NCBI GenBank assembly: GCA_032718475.1
Contig: JAUCBJ010003870.1
Coordinates: 1 to 64,000 of the forward strand
DNA from: Nemertoderma westbladi
Taxonomy: Eukaryota > Animalia > Xenacoelomorpha
Reading direction: 5' to 3'
Length of the DNA stretch: 64,000 bases
The notes under the pieces were generated by a model. It had not been told where the DNA came from. It did no database searches and saw nothing but the letters and a program-made list of their open reading frames with translations. Positions 51,117 to 62,673 of this stretch are shown in pieces; positions within the stretch are counted from its first letter, which is position 1; the number at the start of each line of letters is the position of its first letter. A program made the position numbers and the translations under genes.

Positions 51117-52055
51117 GTTTACTCTAAGCATGTAATGTGATGGGATAATATAATTGTTTTAATGTCAATAAAAATAATAAAAACATTAAAATCTATTTTT
51201 ATATTTCATTTTGACTGAAGATGTAGGGTTTAGGTTTACACCCACAAACACACCGTACCTACCGGTAGCCGGCTGTTGTATGAGTTTAACTACCAGTAGC
51301 TGACTTTACACATACAGACATATAACAACAACGCTAAACTGTAGAACAGCAGAATGGATCCCATTCTAGACTGACAGCAACCACAGCGCTTTAGCATTAC
51401 TTACTAGTAATAAAATTAAATTAACTCGACATGTGGTGTGGTTCGTGAATGCGGCATTAGAGAGGCCCTCCTAACAATAGACCTACTGGTACCAATGCTG
51501 TAGCACTCTTGTAACAGTATACTTGGATAGAGCAAGGGCACGCTGGTTTCTCCGATTTAAGGATTAGGCTATTACACTTGAATGCTTCCAATTTTCTGTT
51601 TACAACTTTAATTGGTCTAATCTACATTATTATTATTACTGTGGGGGTACCGGTACTACTGTTGCATAGGTAAGCCTATACTGCTATAGTTAACTTTATG
51701 CGGCCCCCCTTTTTCGAATGTTGACCCAATATGGTTTACGGTTAACCTTTAGAACTCGCGGACAGGCACACCTTCATTCGGTTAGGCATATAGGCCTAAT
51801 GACTACTCCTCAACTGAAAGCCGCCTAGCTCATTGATACAATAGGTGTGGCTAGCAATATATAAAATTCGTCGCTCACAAGTTCATTCATTCACGTCATG
51901 TTGTAGGCCTATATAAAACATAGTTAGTTTATTTATGTATTCGCTTTTTTTAATTAGATATAAAATATACAATACAAAAAACTACTGATACCGGTAACAC
52001 ATTAACGCTGTACCTAACAGACGTGACTAATTATATAGGCCTAAGAGTCTACTTG

Positions 52056-52406
52056 CTACTGGCGTATTCTTGGATCTGTCGGAAGTAGTAGAGTCGGAGC
52101 TGGTGCTACTGATATTTCTTCTTGTTCTTCCCAGTGCTCACCCCTACTATAATTATCCAGACTTATCTGGTGAGCTTCTCCTGGTTGGACCCGAACGTTT
52201 AAATTAAAGTTTTTATTTGTTGTCAATGTAGTTTGTCGACCTTCGCCGCTGGTTTTATTCTTAACCATTATAGTAATTTTGCCATTGTTATTTTTTAAAT
52301 GTAATTCAATTACATTTAATGATGTAAAATAGAGTTCTTCCCCATCAAGATCAAATTTTAATAAACAGTCGCTGCTATCTCTATTTTCAATAAATGAAAA
52401 CACCAT
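52056..52406 (-). CDS. Polinton hypothetical protein (116 aa)
   Basis: Intact ATG ORF on the pPolB strand; no recognised motif. Confidence 0.45.
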   Translation of the reverse strand: MVFSFIENRDSSDCLLKFDLDGEELYFTSLNVIELHLKNNNGKITIMVKNKTSGEGRQTTLTTNKNFNLNVRVQPGEAHQISLDNYSRGEHWEEQEEISVAPAPTLLLPTDPRIRQ

Positions 52407-53130
52407 GTTGGATGTTGGTTGATTGATTGATTAAATGAAGGATCGCCGGAACTGAAGTTTGTGGAGGTTAGTTTTTTTTCAAGTATGAATATAAGTTAGT
52501 CTATACCGGTATTTTATTTTTTTTTATTTACGGTAGGGTTACAAAATTATACTTAAGAGAGAAAAAATTTAGTTTATATATATTTTTGTAGTGGGTCGCA
52601 GATGTTTACATTACAAAATTCACATAGTTAACAAAATGTAGAACATAAACCTTTCCCATACGGATTAGCGATATATGCTCTGTTCATTGTTCTATTCTGA
52701 ATGTAGGGAAATGCATAGCTGATGTTTTAATAATATGTACTGGTATACAGGCTAGTAACAGATAGGTGGGCTTTGACTTTGACTATGAATACCAGTACAT
52801 AGCCCTAAACTTTTCTCACCGAGCTTAGCGTTGCCCACTGCACACACACACTCGCACACACTCATAAGTAACAGATGCGCTATTGTAGCTCACTTGTGAG
52901 CTGCGATGCTTAGCTAGCTAGCTACTGTCTCTGAGTATACTATGCATACTTGAGTGTTACAAGCAATCGCTCTACCGAAGTTAGTTAGTTAATTTCCCCA
53001 ACTAGTTGTTGATTTAAAAAAAAAATATTCATAAATTTCTTCTCCCTCCAAATTAATATATATATATTTTACAGTAAAAAATCTCCACCACCAAACAACA
53101 ACAATAAATTTCACTCTCACTAATTATATT

Positions 53131-53670
53131 TTACATCAAAAACCCACCACCAAACAATAATAAATTATTAACCAGTTTGTTGAATATAGAATAATATATA
53201 TGAAATTTAAACGGGGAACACATTAATGTACATTTACCAGTGTAGAAGCAGCAAACAACAACAATATTATTTATTCTGACTTTACAGTTATTGAATATTT
53301 CTATCTATATTGAAATTTCTAGTTTAACATTATCAAATATAACATAAAACCCAATATTGTTTATAAGTAACCTATAGATTACGGTATCGATATTAAAAAT
53401 ATAAGTACACAAATTGATTGATTTAAAAATAAAATTAATGTTTATTTTTTCGAATATATGCTTTTTCACTTTATTAAAATTATATTTTCTACCGAGAATT
53501 GTTATTCGTCCATTTGTAAACATTAATATGGTTGCACCAAATACCTTATATATAAACTGATTAGGTTTGAGTAAAATTTTACCTGTCAATTGATTTTTTA
53601 ATTCTTTTAAATTGAGTCCATAAATGATCTGCTTACAACTTATATTTTTATTTACTATTTGATAATTCAT
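53131..53670 (-). pseudogene. TATA-binding-protein-like protein (two TBP repeats), one in-frame TAG at 53305-53307
   Basis: Repeat 1 MNYQIVN.N.S...LNLKEL...NQFIYK..ATILMFTNGRITILG; repeat 2 FKSINLCT......*IEIFNNCKVR....VCCFYTGKCTL; 179 codons. Confidence 0.65.
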
Positions 53671-56600
53671 CATCAACATCATCGCCTTTTGGTTCTTCAT
53701 AAATTGGTATATTTGATATTTTTATAGGTTTTTTGAGGTTTGTTTTATAGTGCCCCCAAGGAAGTGATTGATTTTTATTAACCCAATAAAGTTTATCATC
53801 AAAGCTACTGAGTGCAAATTTATTTTGCTTTAAGGTATAAATACGATGTAATTTAGATTGAAATCTGTGTATGTTTTTTTTTATTTCTTCATTTGAGTTA
53901 TATGCTTTTAAATATTCTTCATGTGTAATATTCGTTTCCACAACAGCTCTTGTAATACCTTTTGCTCTACGAATATTTTTGTTATTCCATTCCAAAATTG
54001 AATATAATTTTGGTCTTAAAAATACTGCTTGTTTAATTTCACGTGAGGCTAGTTCATCTTTACAGTAATAAAGTCTCGATTTATTTTTATTACTATAAAG
54101 CGGGTGATCCTTAGGGTAATTGGATGTATCTAAAATATTATTTTTAATTAATGCTTTTAAAAAATTATTCTGCGATGTATTATAGTAACAACCTATTAAT
54201 GAGTCTGTATCTGATGCAGCAATTTCAATACGGCAGTTTAATTCTTTCTCAATAGGTAGCAATTTATCATAGTACAGCTCATACATATCCAATTTAGCCA
54301 AATCCAACACCGCGCTACCAATAAATATAGGCTTATCGAGAGTTACAGAGTCTTTCACTAATAAATGTCCCGATAATGTATTATTGTATATTATATATTG
54401 TTCATGATTAATACGATTTACCAATTGGTCGCATTTATCATTGCTATTTGCGATACGAAAGTTACATCGATCCGTATCTTTTCTATTGACTTACCGAATA
54501 AAGAGTTATTAAGCAATTTCGCGACAGCCATTTCAATGTAACTTTTTGCTAGTCGCCTTCGATTAATATTAAAATCTATGTAATTTTTAAATACAAATTC
54601 TTGTTGAAAAGAATATAATTTATGTAGTTTAGTAACAATTAATCCCATGTTTTATATAAAATTTTAACAGTTTCAAATGTAAATGATAAAATTCTTTATC
54701 AAATTGCGTCAGCAAGAGTTTTGGTGTAGGCATCTTATATTTACGGGAGGTACCTCTTTGTATTGATAAGTTATTAAATTGTTCCCTCATATAATGTGAT
54801 AGCATTGATTCATTTATACTTAAATGCTCTGGGGCTAACGGTAATTGTAATGTTTGATCGTGAATAGCTTTGGGGTAATTTAAATCACATATTAAAAAAT
54901 ATCCAGTAGATCCATCATTGTCTAAATCTACCAAGTACTCGATTAGTTTTTCTGGAATTGCATTCTCTAAATGTTTAATACTTACTTCTTTGAATTGTGA
55001 GGTGGGTAGTTTTTTACTTAAATTCCCAGAATATAAAGAGTTGAAATCAATATTAAAAATATGGCATTCTTCCTTAGTAGAATCATATGTACTTGTTTCG
55101 GGTATATTTGATTCTATATAATGCTTTCGACAAAATGAAACACCACCCCTAATTGATTTTTCAAAATCTCTATATGTCTGATAATCCTTTATTAATTCTA
55201 TTTTACATTTATTATATTTTAGTGCGCAATCATAGGTAAATGACGCGATACTACAGTAAAAAACCACTTCTAAATCGTAATTTTGTTTATAAACATTCCT
55301 AAAATTCTCAAATATATCAGCAAGCAAACAAACATCGAGTTTTAAATAGGCTAAAAGATATCTTTGAGATTCACACAGTCGAATTCTACCCATGATAATC
55401 CCGCAAACCTATAATCTTCAATTGTGCATGTTTTTTGACTTAAGTTACTAAAAAATTTATTTATAGATGGTAAACCAGGATCATTAAATTTATTTATATC
55501 TGTCAAGTACTCGTATGGAAATACTCCTTTCCGATTAATTGTTGAGTTATTCAAGTTTGGATAAAAATATTTCATTTCTTGTAGAGTAATAGGTAAAATT
55601 GAGCTTATATCATGACTCGCTACATCCTTTGTTGAACACTCAACTAAATTACTTAAAGAAAAGCTTAAAAATTGATATGTGTCTAAGACACATAACTCAA
55701 TTTTTTTAGAAGTGTTTTTAATTGGGATAAATGCACTCAGTGAAATATATCGTTCTGTATTTCTCGGTATAACCTTTATATCCCAATCCGTGTATTTCTT
55801 ATCTCTAAATCCGGTTTGTAATATACAATGTATATCATAATTATTGGAATTGTGCCCGCAAAGTACATACAGGTATCGTTTCAATGATAAACTTCGGTTA
55901 CAACTATTACAGACTGCTGCAATATATTTACCTGTAATATGTGAATGATGTCTGTTTTTCCCTACATTATTATTTAAAGTAACATTACAATAGAAACAAA
56001 ATTTTGCCTGTTCAAAATTTACAAAATCAATATTAGTAAATAACATAGTTTTATGAGTGTATATTTCTGACCAACAACATAATTCAGTTAAATCAGTATA
56101 TAATGAATCTAAGAAATCTTGAATACAATTATTATTATTTGACTTTATGAATGTTTTCAAATGACATTTTTGAGCATCAATTAATTCACTATTGGGAACA
56201 ATTAAATAACTCACAGCACACGGTATATGCTCCTGTATAAATTGATTATTAACTGAAGGTTGTAAGATACATTCTATATCAAAGTAGGTGACAAACAATG
56301 GGGATAAGGTTCTATCTAAATTTGTAAAACTAATGTGTGTTCTTTTTTTATTAGGTAGTTTCTCTCGTTGACTTCTTCCTTGGTAGCAGGCGAGACGGTG
56401 TCGATGAAGAACTTCCGCTCGAAAAAAATGTCCCAAACACCTTTCACAATATTTCCTATTGCGGATATGAAGAGCTCTCGTATTCAGCAATCGATTCAAG
56501 TTAGTTATGCAAACATAATGATTCAGTTTAAGTACATTGTTATTTTTTACTACAAGTAATATATTTAATAACTCTTTATCAGGTGTAATTTTACTAAACG

Positions 56601-57562
56601 GTGGTTGTCTTAATATAGATACGGGGGTGCGTTTGTTGTCGTTATTCCAACATAGTAAATTAATTATATATTTTGAATTTTGTTTTTCAAAAAGTTTAAT
56701 CGCTAACTGCCACTCTGTTGGATAATCATTTTTCCCGTTGTCAAAAATGAAATGACTCATATAATTTTTGTACTGCGAAGTACGGTATTTGTGATCTTTC
56801 ACTTTGCTACTAAATTTTGCGGCTATAATAGCCCATTTGAAACAGTCATTATCAGCCGATTGTATATTTATAACACACTGTTTACCTGATAGAGCCTTAG
56901 GTAATTCCATATATCCATGCCCCTTATATAGTAACGACCTACACTTAGATTCAGCTAATTTAATTTCAACCCTTAATAAAGATTTAATGCGCCATCCTGA
57001 GCCATGTGTGTTAAAGATGGCTATTTTTTGTAATATATTTTCCACCACATACTCAAACCATGTGTCAAAACTTTGTGATGAATCTACAGTATTAATAGCA
57101 CCACTGGAAGAATTAAAATAAAAGGTTTCCAATTGCTCGCCTTCTGAAAAATGTGATCTGTACATTAATACATTTAGACCTAACCACAGTCTAAGAACAT
57201 TCATTTCTTTCAATCTATCTAATATTAACTGAAGAATATTACCTCGAATTTGCGTTAATGCTGTTTCTACATCGGGATAATCTCTAGAAGTTGGGAGGTC
57301 GTGGACATAAATTTCAAGACGATTATCGTGAGCTTCTTGTTCCCGCGTAAAAATTGTTGCGCATGTACCAAGAGCCACCCTTAAGTTTTTTATAGATAAT
57401 ATATTTTTATGTTGCGGAGATTTACGCTTTCTTGTGTAATAACATTTCAAGTGACAGTCGTGTCGTAAATAATTCTCATATGTATACTCTTTATTATAGG
57501 TAGAACAAGTCACGACATGACACTTAAAACAAGAATAACCTTCAAAATGTGACCATAGCCAC
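53648..57562 (-). pseudogene. Protein-primed family B DNA polymerase (pPolB), three frameshifts
   Basis: GSGW, IN.Q..DN.CF.W (OTU-like), FDIE exo I, C..C..RHH.H.TG.Y...C..CN (HNH-like insertion), HN..NYD, RKG.FPYEY, Y...DV..L, DFNSLY, KLLNNSLFGK, DTDS, LRPKLY, AKG. Confidence 0.96.
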
Positions 57563-57841
57563 CTATAAAATAAATAGTAAATAATTATGTCTAGTTATAT
57601 TCATATGACAGAATGAACAACATATTGTTATTTTATCCATGTTGAAGTTTGTTTAGATTAATAATAATAATAATAATAATAAAATATCACCAAAGATTAA
57701 AATAAAATGAAATGAAATGAAATGTTATTGACTATATCTAAACATTTATATGCTAGCGAGTGAAATAATTTTAAATCAATCACCAATCACCAATCGCTTA
57801 TGGGTATTGGAAACCTCAAAGAGGTTAACTTATGATCAGGT

Positions 57842-58906
57842 TTACATGTTAGAATAATAATCTGGTTTCCATGGAGAATTAGTAACTGGATCTACTGGAC
57901 CTAGGTTACCGGCAACTTTCTGTTTCTTTGCAGGTGATGTGTTGGTAAATTTACTCGATGATCTTGGCTTCCGAGGTAATATTTCAGGAAAGACCTGTTG
58001 CGGTTGAGAGCAACTCTCTTCAACATCCGGATTAGGTGATGGGATCTCTACGAATGCTTTAGGTTTATCCAAAAGGACAAAACCATCTACATTGGCTTCA
58101 GTAAGAGAAACACCATCCATAGCCTCTTTGAGAAAACTAATATGGGCTTTATCCTTCAAGTAATGCAACTCAATAGAATTTCCACCTGCTCCTACTTCAG
58201 TAGAATTATCGGTGTTGGTGATAATAATTTTTTTATTATTGGTTTTAATCATTTTGAGACGGTCTGATAATTGAATGATATTTTTATCAAAAAGATGCTT
58301 GTCTGTTTCATCGATTTAGGTGTCCCACTCTCGCAACAAAACGGTTAGTTCCTGATTTGACAAATTGAAACCCGTATAATAGTTAAAACCAACACTATCA
58401 GCGTATCTGAGGCTGATTTTCCATAAGCCAACATAGTTGGTTCCTTTAAAAGCTGTTACAAATCCAATAAACTCTGGATTTGATAATTCAATGTAGAATT
58501 GATCGCTAATAATCTCTAGCGGTGGTGAGAGAAATTGCAATAATTTCCCTCTGTATTGAATTAGAACTTCAGTAAAAGCTTTGTTGAGAACTTTACATTT
58601 GCCTTGTTTCTGAACATAAACATCACCCGACGTGGGGTTGATAGAAATATTCAAATTTCCTCGCGCAAAACGAAGAGCAGCATATATCCTACCTGGTATA
58701 ATTGCTGGTCTGGATTGATGTTGGTTGTTGTTGGTTGTTTCTAGAATGTCTAGCAAATAGCGGGTATCTTGATGGGAAAAACAAATTGATTCGTTGTCCT
58801 CCTGAGATTCCACAATAAAATACTTGCTGTGAACGACGGTACAAGTATATTTATTGTAAGTAAATTTCCAGCTATTTGTTGCTCCAGTTTTTTGTGTTAA
58901 GGCCAT
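57842..58906 (-). pseudogene. PC4-like ssDNA-binding domain protein; two ORFs joined across a single in-frame TAA (58316-58318)
   Basis: FIGFVTAFKGTNYVGLWK...TGFNLSNQELTVL resembles the PC4 motif V.V..FKG..Y.DIR...KGI.L...QW..L; the spacer between the ORFs is open in frame (354 codons in total). Confidence 0.55.
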
Positions 58907-58949
58907 AATAATAATAAATACGAAAAATATTATAAGTGATAAATTTTAA

Positions 58950-59322
58950 ACCGTATCGCTGTAATAAATTGACACCATAGTTCTCACTCTAAAATTGTGA
59001 TGGTCGGAAGACGACACCTGATAAAAATGATAGTGACTCACTCATTGGAGTTGTAAAACCACTAAAAAAAATTGGTAAAACAATAGAGAAGATACGAGAT
59101 CGTTGTAATTTACGTATTACTAATAGCAATGAGAAATGTGATCTCATATCTTCTCTATTGTTTACCAATTTTTTTTACTGGTTTTACAACTCCAATGTCG
59201 GAATCAGTATTATTTTATGTAGTGTTGTTTTCCGACCAACGAATATACAACGAGTAAGATAATGAAGAAATTATTAAGGAAATAACACAATTTCAGAGTG
59301 AGAACAAAAAAATTAGATACGG
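58950..59322. repeat. Long imperfect palindrome inside the Polinton
   Basis: 59043-59100 pairs with 59140-59197; GTTCTCACTCT.AAATTGTG (58980) pairs with CACAATTT.AGAGTGAGAAC (59286-59305). Confidence 0.85.
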
Positions 59323-59758
59323 TATCAATATAATACCATGAAGATTACAAGTGATGAATTTTAATAAAAACATTCAGTTATATAAATAATTTCTGAATAT
59401 GTGATGTGGCATAATCAACGTTGAATAAGAAAAGATGGGATGTGGCATAATCAATGACGAATAAGAAAAGAGATGGGATGCAATGTGGATGAATGGTTGG
59501 TTGGTTGCGTGGATAGGAAATACGTGAACGTATATGAATCATAGGGTTGTGTGTAATAATAATCAATAATTATAATAAAAACGCGCTGTATAATGTTAGT
59601 AGTAGGCTTTCAATATGTCGCAGATGCTGAGGGTTAGGTTAGGTTGAGTAATAACTATGGAAATGTGAGAACATGTACGTGATGCGTGGCGAAATTTCAT
59701 GTATCATACTGGTTGGTTGGTTGGTTTGGTGACAGCAGCTGAGTAGCTCTAGCGGAGG

Positions 59759-60316
59759 GTAAATCGTTGAGTTGGCAATCGATATAATATAATAGCGAGG
59801 CGTGGCGTGGTATATGCGTGGTGCGCGTAGATGGCCACGTCGTCCGCGACTGGCTCTATCATCGTTGTCATCATATACAGTATGCGGTAGCGTTGGGGAA
59901 AAGGGGAGTAACTGGAGGGGTAGGCAAGCAAGCATCACCGTTGGTTGGTTGGTTGGTAGGTAACAGCAGTCGAGTAGCGATGGGGTGGGTACGTGTGGGG
60001 GCTAGCCATGCATCGTGAAGTTAGGTTACGCGAAGATGAATATGCAACGATTGGTTGATGCAACGACGCGAATCAATACTGACGGGTGGTAACAGCTGTC
60101 GAGTAAGGCAGGCATCGCGAGGTTAGGCTACGCGTAGGTGAATATGCAACGATTGGTTGATGGCAACGACGCGAATCAATACTGATGGTGACAGATGGCA
60201 CCAATTAAACACCGCAATTTAGCGCCGGAATTTGGCATTTTTAATAGTCCTCCGAGATATAGCCCATAGCCCAAGCTAGGGAGGAGTGGGTGGGGGGCCA
60301 TTCTTCTTCTACTACT
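59759..60316 (-). repeat. Polinton right TIR
   Basis: Ends ...TTCTTCTACTACT followed by TSD AGTGTT. Confidence 0.95.
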
Positions 60317-60412
60317 AGTGTTCTGGTGAATTACTCGTAACGCTGCAAAGTACCGTAATCAATGACATGGAAACAACTTCAATGACCGTATTCTGATCTG
60401 ACCTCTATGTCG

Positions 60413-60898
60413 AGTCGGGGAGAAGTTCTATTTTCAACTGAGTTGAAATTTCAACTTTATTTTTTAAAATTTAACTTTTTATTAAAATTCAACTTTTGGA
60501 GTAGAGTTTAAAATTTAACTTTTTTTTAATTCAACTTTTGGAGTAGCTTTGGAGATACTGAAATATGGAATTGGAATTCCATTGTATAATAATTATGACA
60601 AACAGTGATAATTAAATATATCTTAAATTCCCGTAGTATTTCAGCTAATTTACAAATGTAATCACTTAAATGTTTTAAAAAAAAGTATTCCTGACGGTGA
60701 AAGTTTTTATTCCATTGGTAATGAGGGTTAATTTTTCGAGTTACATCCATTAAAACAATAAAAACACCCCATCTGTGACGTCTTGGGACCCTTCTGCGCC
60801 TCCTTCAATTTTAGAGTTGAATTTAGAACTTAAAAGTTGAATTTAAAAAAAAAAGTTTTAAATTTCAACTCAGTTGAAATTTGAACTTCTCCCCGACT
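60413..60898. mobile_element. MITE nested in the Mutator-like element
   Basis: AGTCGGGGAGAAGTTC.A.TTTCAACTGAGTTGAAATTT inverted at both ends; TSD not resolved. Confidence 0.65.
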
Positions 60899-61297
60899 GT
60901 CATAGTCCTCTATGAATCTTTATGACCGTATTTTACTATAATCTAATACGTTACTCAAACAGTCAAATACTCTTACTGTATCTATGATAACATGTAATAT
61001 AATAATTATTAATTAATTAATATTAATTAATTAATTATAATAGAACAACAAACCTTACCGTATTATTTTATTTCTTCTTATAATAATGTCCAATGCCATC
61101 AGGCCATAAGTAGGCTTTCGTGTAAATACAGAAATATAGAAATAAATGATTTATATTGACTTGCGGCGAGGTGTCCGATAATTTGCGGCGAAATGGCATT
61201 TATAGTGAGACACCTCGCCGCAAGACACCTCGCCGCACATTATCTGCGGCGAGATGACTTGCGGCGAAGTGGCAGTGCGGCGAGGTGACCAGCACCC

Positions 61298-61628
61298 CAA
61301 TCAGATCAGTATACGATGGTTCGACAACATTTGTGTCTACTGTTGACGGTGACACAGAACCATTTGAAGTGTTATGGGGCGTCCTCCAGGGAGACACACT
61401 TGCACCATTATTGTTCATAATTGTTGTTGACTATGTTCTACGCATGTCCTTAGATCATCATAATGATGATGGGGTGATGATAACTCCACCTACTGGCTCC
61501 AGAAGTCAAGGAAATCCTGCCAAGTACCTAACTGATGTAGACTTTGCTGATGAATTAGATGTACTCTAAGAATCACTAGAGGGAGCCCAACGGCTCCTCA
61601 GCTCATTAGAACAGGCTGCTTCTAGTAT
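61298..61628 (+). mobile_element. RTE LINE RT, right half of the split element
   Basis: GVLQGDTLAPLLF and DVDFADE motifs; sequence continuous with 41393 across the TSD; nearly identical to 2265-2371 (reverse). Confidence 0.9.
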
Positions 61629-62175
61629 TTGGTCGACCATAAATTAATCTTTGATCGACCATAAATTATTACGTCATGGATTACTTTCTGAAAAAAAAAT
61701 TTATTTGGCAAAGATCAGCCACCGTGTAGCAGGTAGCAAGTACTGATGTCAATTGACTAGTGATATATATTTAAAAATACATCATTCAGTCATTGGCTTT
61801 ACGGCCATGCTGTACTTTTGTATTGACGGACTGTGAAATTTCTTTTGAAATTTTGGCATCAGAAACACAAACACCTCTTTAATATTTATACACATGGTGG
61901 TAATGGCTTCCGTAGCCATAGGCAAAGGCCATCTAAACAACGTTGTTTAGATGGCCTTTACCATAGGCTTAAATTGTTGAAACCAGATTTGCGGCCTCTG
62001 TTTCTTGCATTAGTTTTCGATTATTTCTGTATTTTCATGTCTGCATGTATTTTGTATACAGGGGGGGGGGGGGGGGGGGGGGGGAAACTGGACGCAAAAC
62101 CCACCTTGGCGAATTAATACCCCGCCTCAATGTTAAAATCTCAATTTAGGGAAAGGAGCAGGTTACAGTGGAACG

Positions 62176-62673
62176 TTATTTTAACCAAAACAATAAACTA
62201 AACACAATTACATAATTTTCGACTATATATCCATCAATTGATCCGTGGACGGATAAACCAAAAGGTTTCAGTTTATCCCATCCATCGATGTGGTGGACGT
62301 AGTTAGGCCCCTTTGCATTGTATGTTCTCCTAATGGTGCGTCGACCTATTCTACTTGCTACGAATTCTGGGTTCAATGATCTTTGTATCGCTGCAACGAC
62401 TTTTTCTCTAACGAAAAGACCATACTTTTGAAACAAAATTATTATCATCTGTCTGTAACCGCATGCGTGCTCTACACGAATGGCAGTAATTATCTCATCT
62501 ATGCGGGTAGGGTCGAATTTCTTTTGTAAACCCATTTATTGTATCGTCGCAACAGTTCTCTGAGAAACCAGAACATCAGGATGTTGTTGGAAGAAGTAGA
62601 CTATTTGTTTATAGATGTAACCAAGAGAGACATAACGTTTTACTTTACATAACAGCATAACACGTTTAGTCAT
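62176..62673 (-). pseudogene. IS3EU-like / integrase-core transposase fragment
   Basis: RR.Y...GPN.V.HIDG.DKL..FG..VHG.IDGY motif, GYR.M helix; frameshifted N-terminus from ATG ~62673. Confidence 0.75.

Larger units (their letters stand above)
41729..60316. mobile_element. Polinton/Maverick (endogenous polintovirus/adintovirus-like), full length, 18.6 kb
   Basis: TIRs begin AGTAGTAGAAG; 6-bp TSD AGTGTT (41723-41728, 60317-60322); pPolB, INT, ATPase, PRO, MCP and mCP genes present. Confidence 0.97.
41394..61297. mobile_element. Mutator-like non-autonomous DNA transposon hosting the Polinton
   Basis: ~165-bp TIRs (41394-41560 and 61132-61297) starting GGGTGCTGGTCACCTCGCCGCA with internal CCTCGCCGCA repeats; 9-bp TSD CAATCAGAT at 41385-41393 and 61298-61306. 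Confidence 0.9.
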
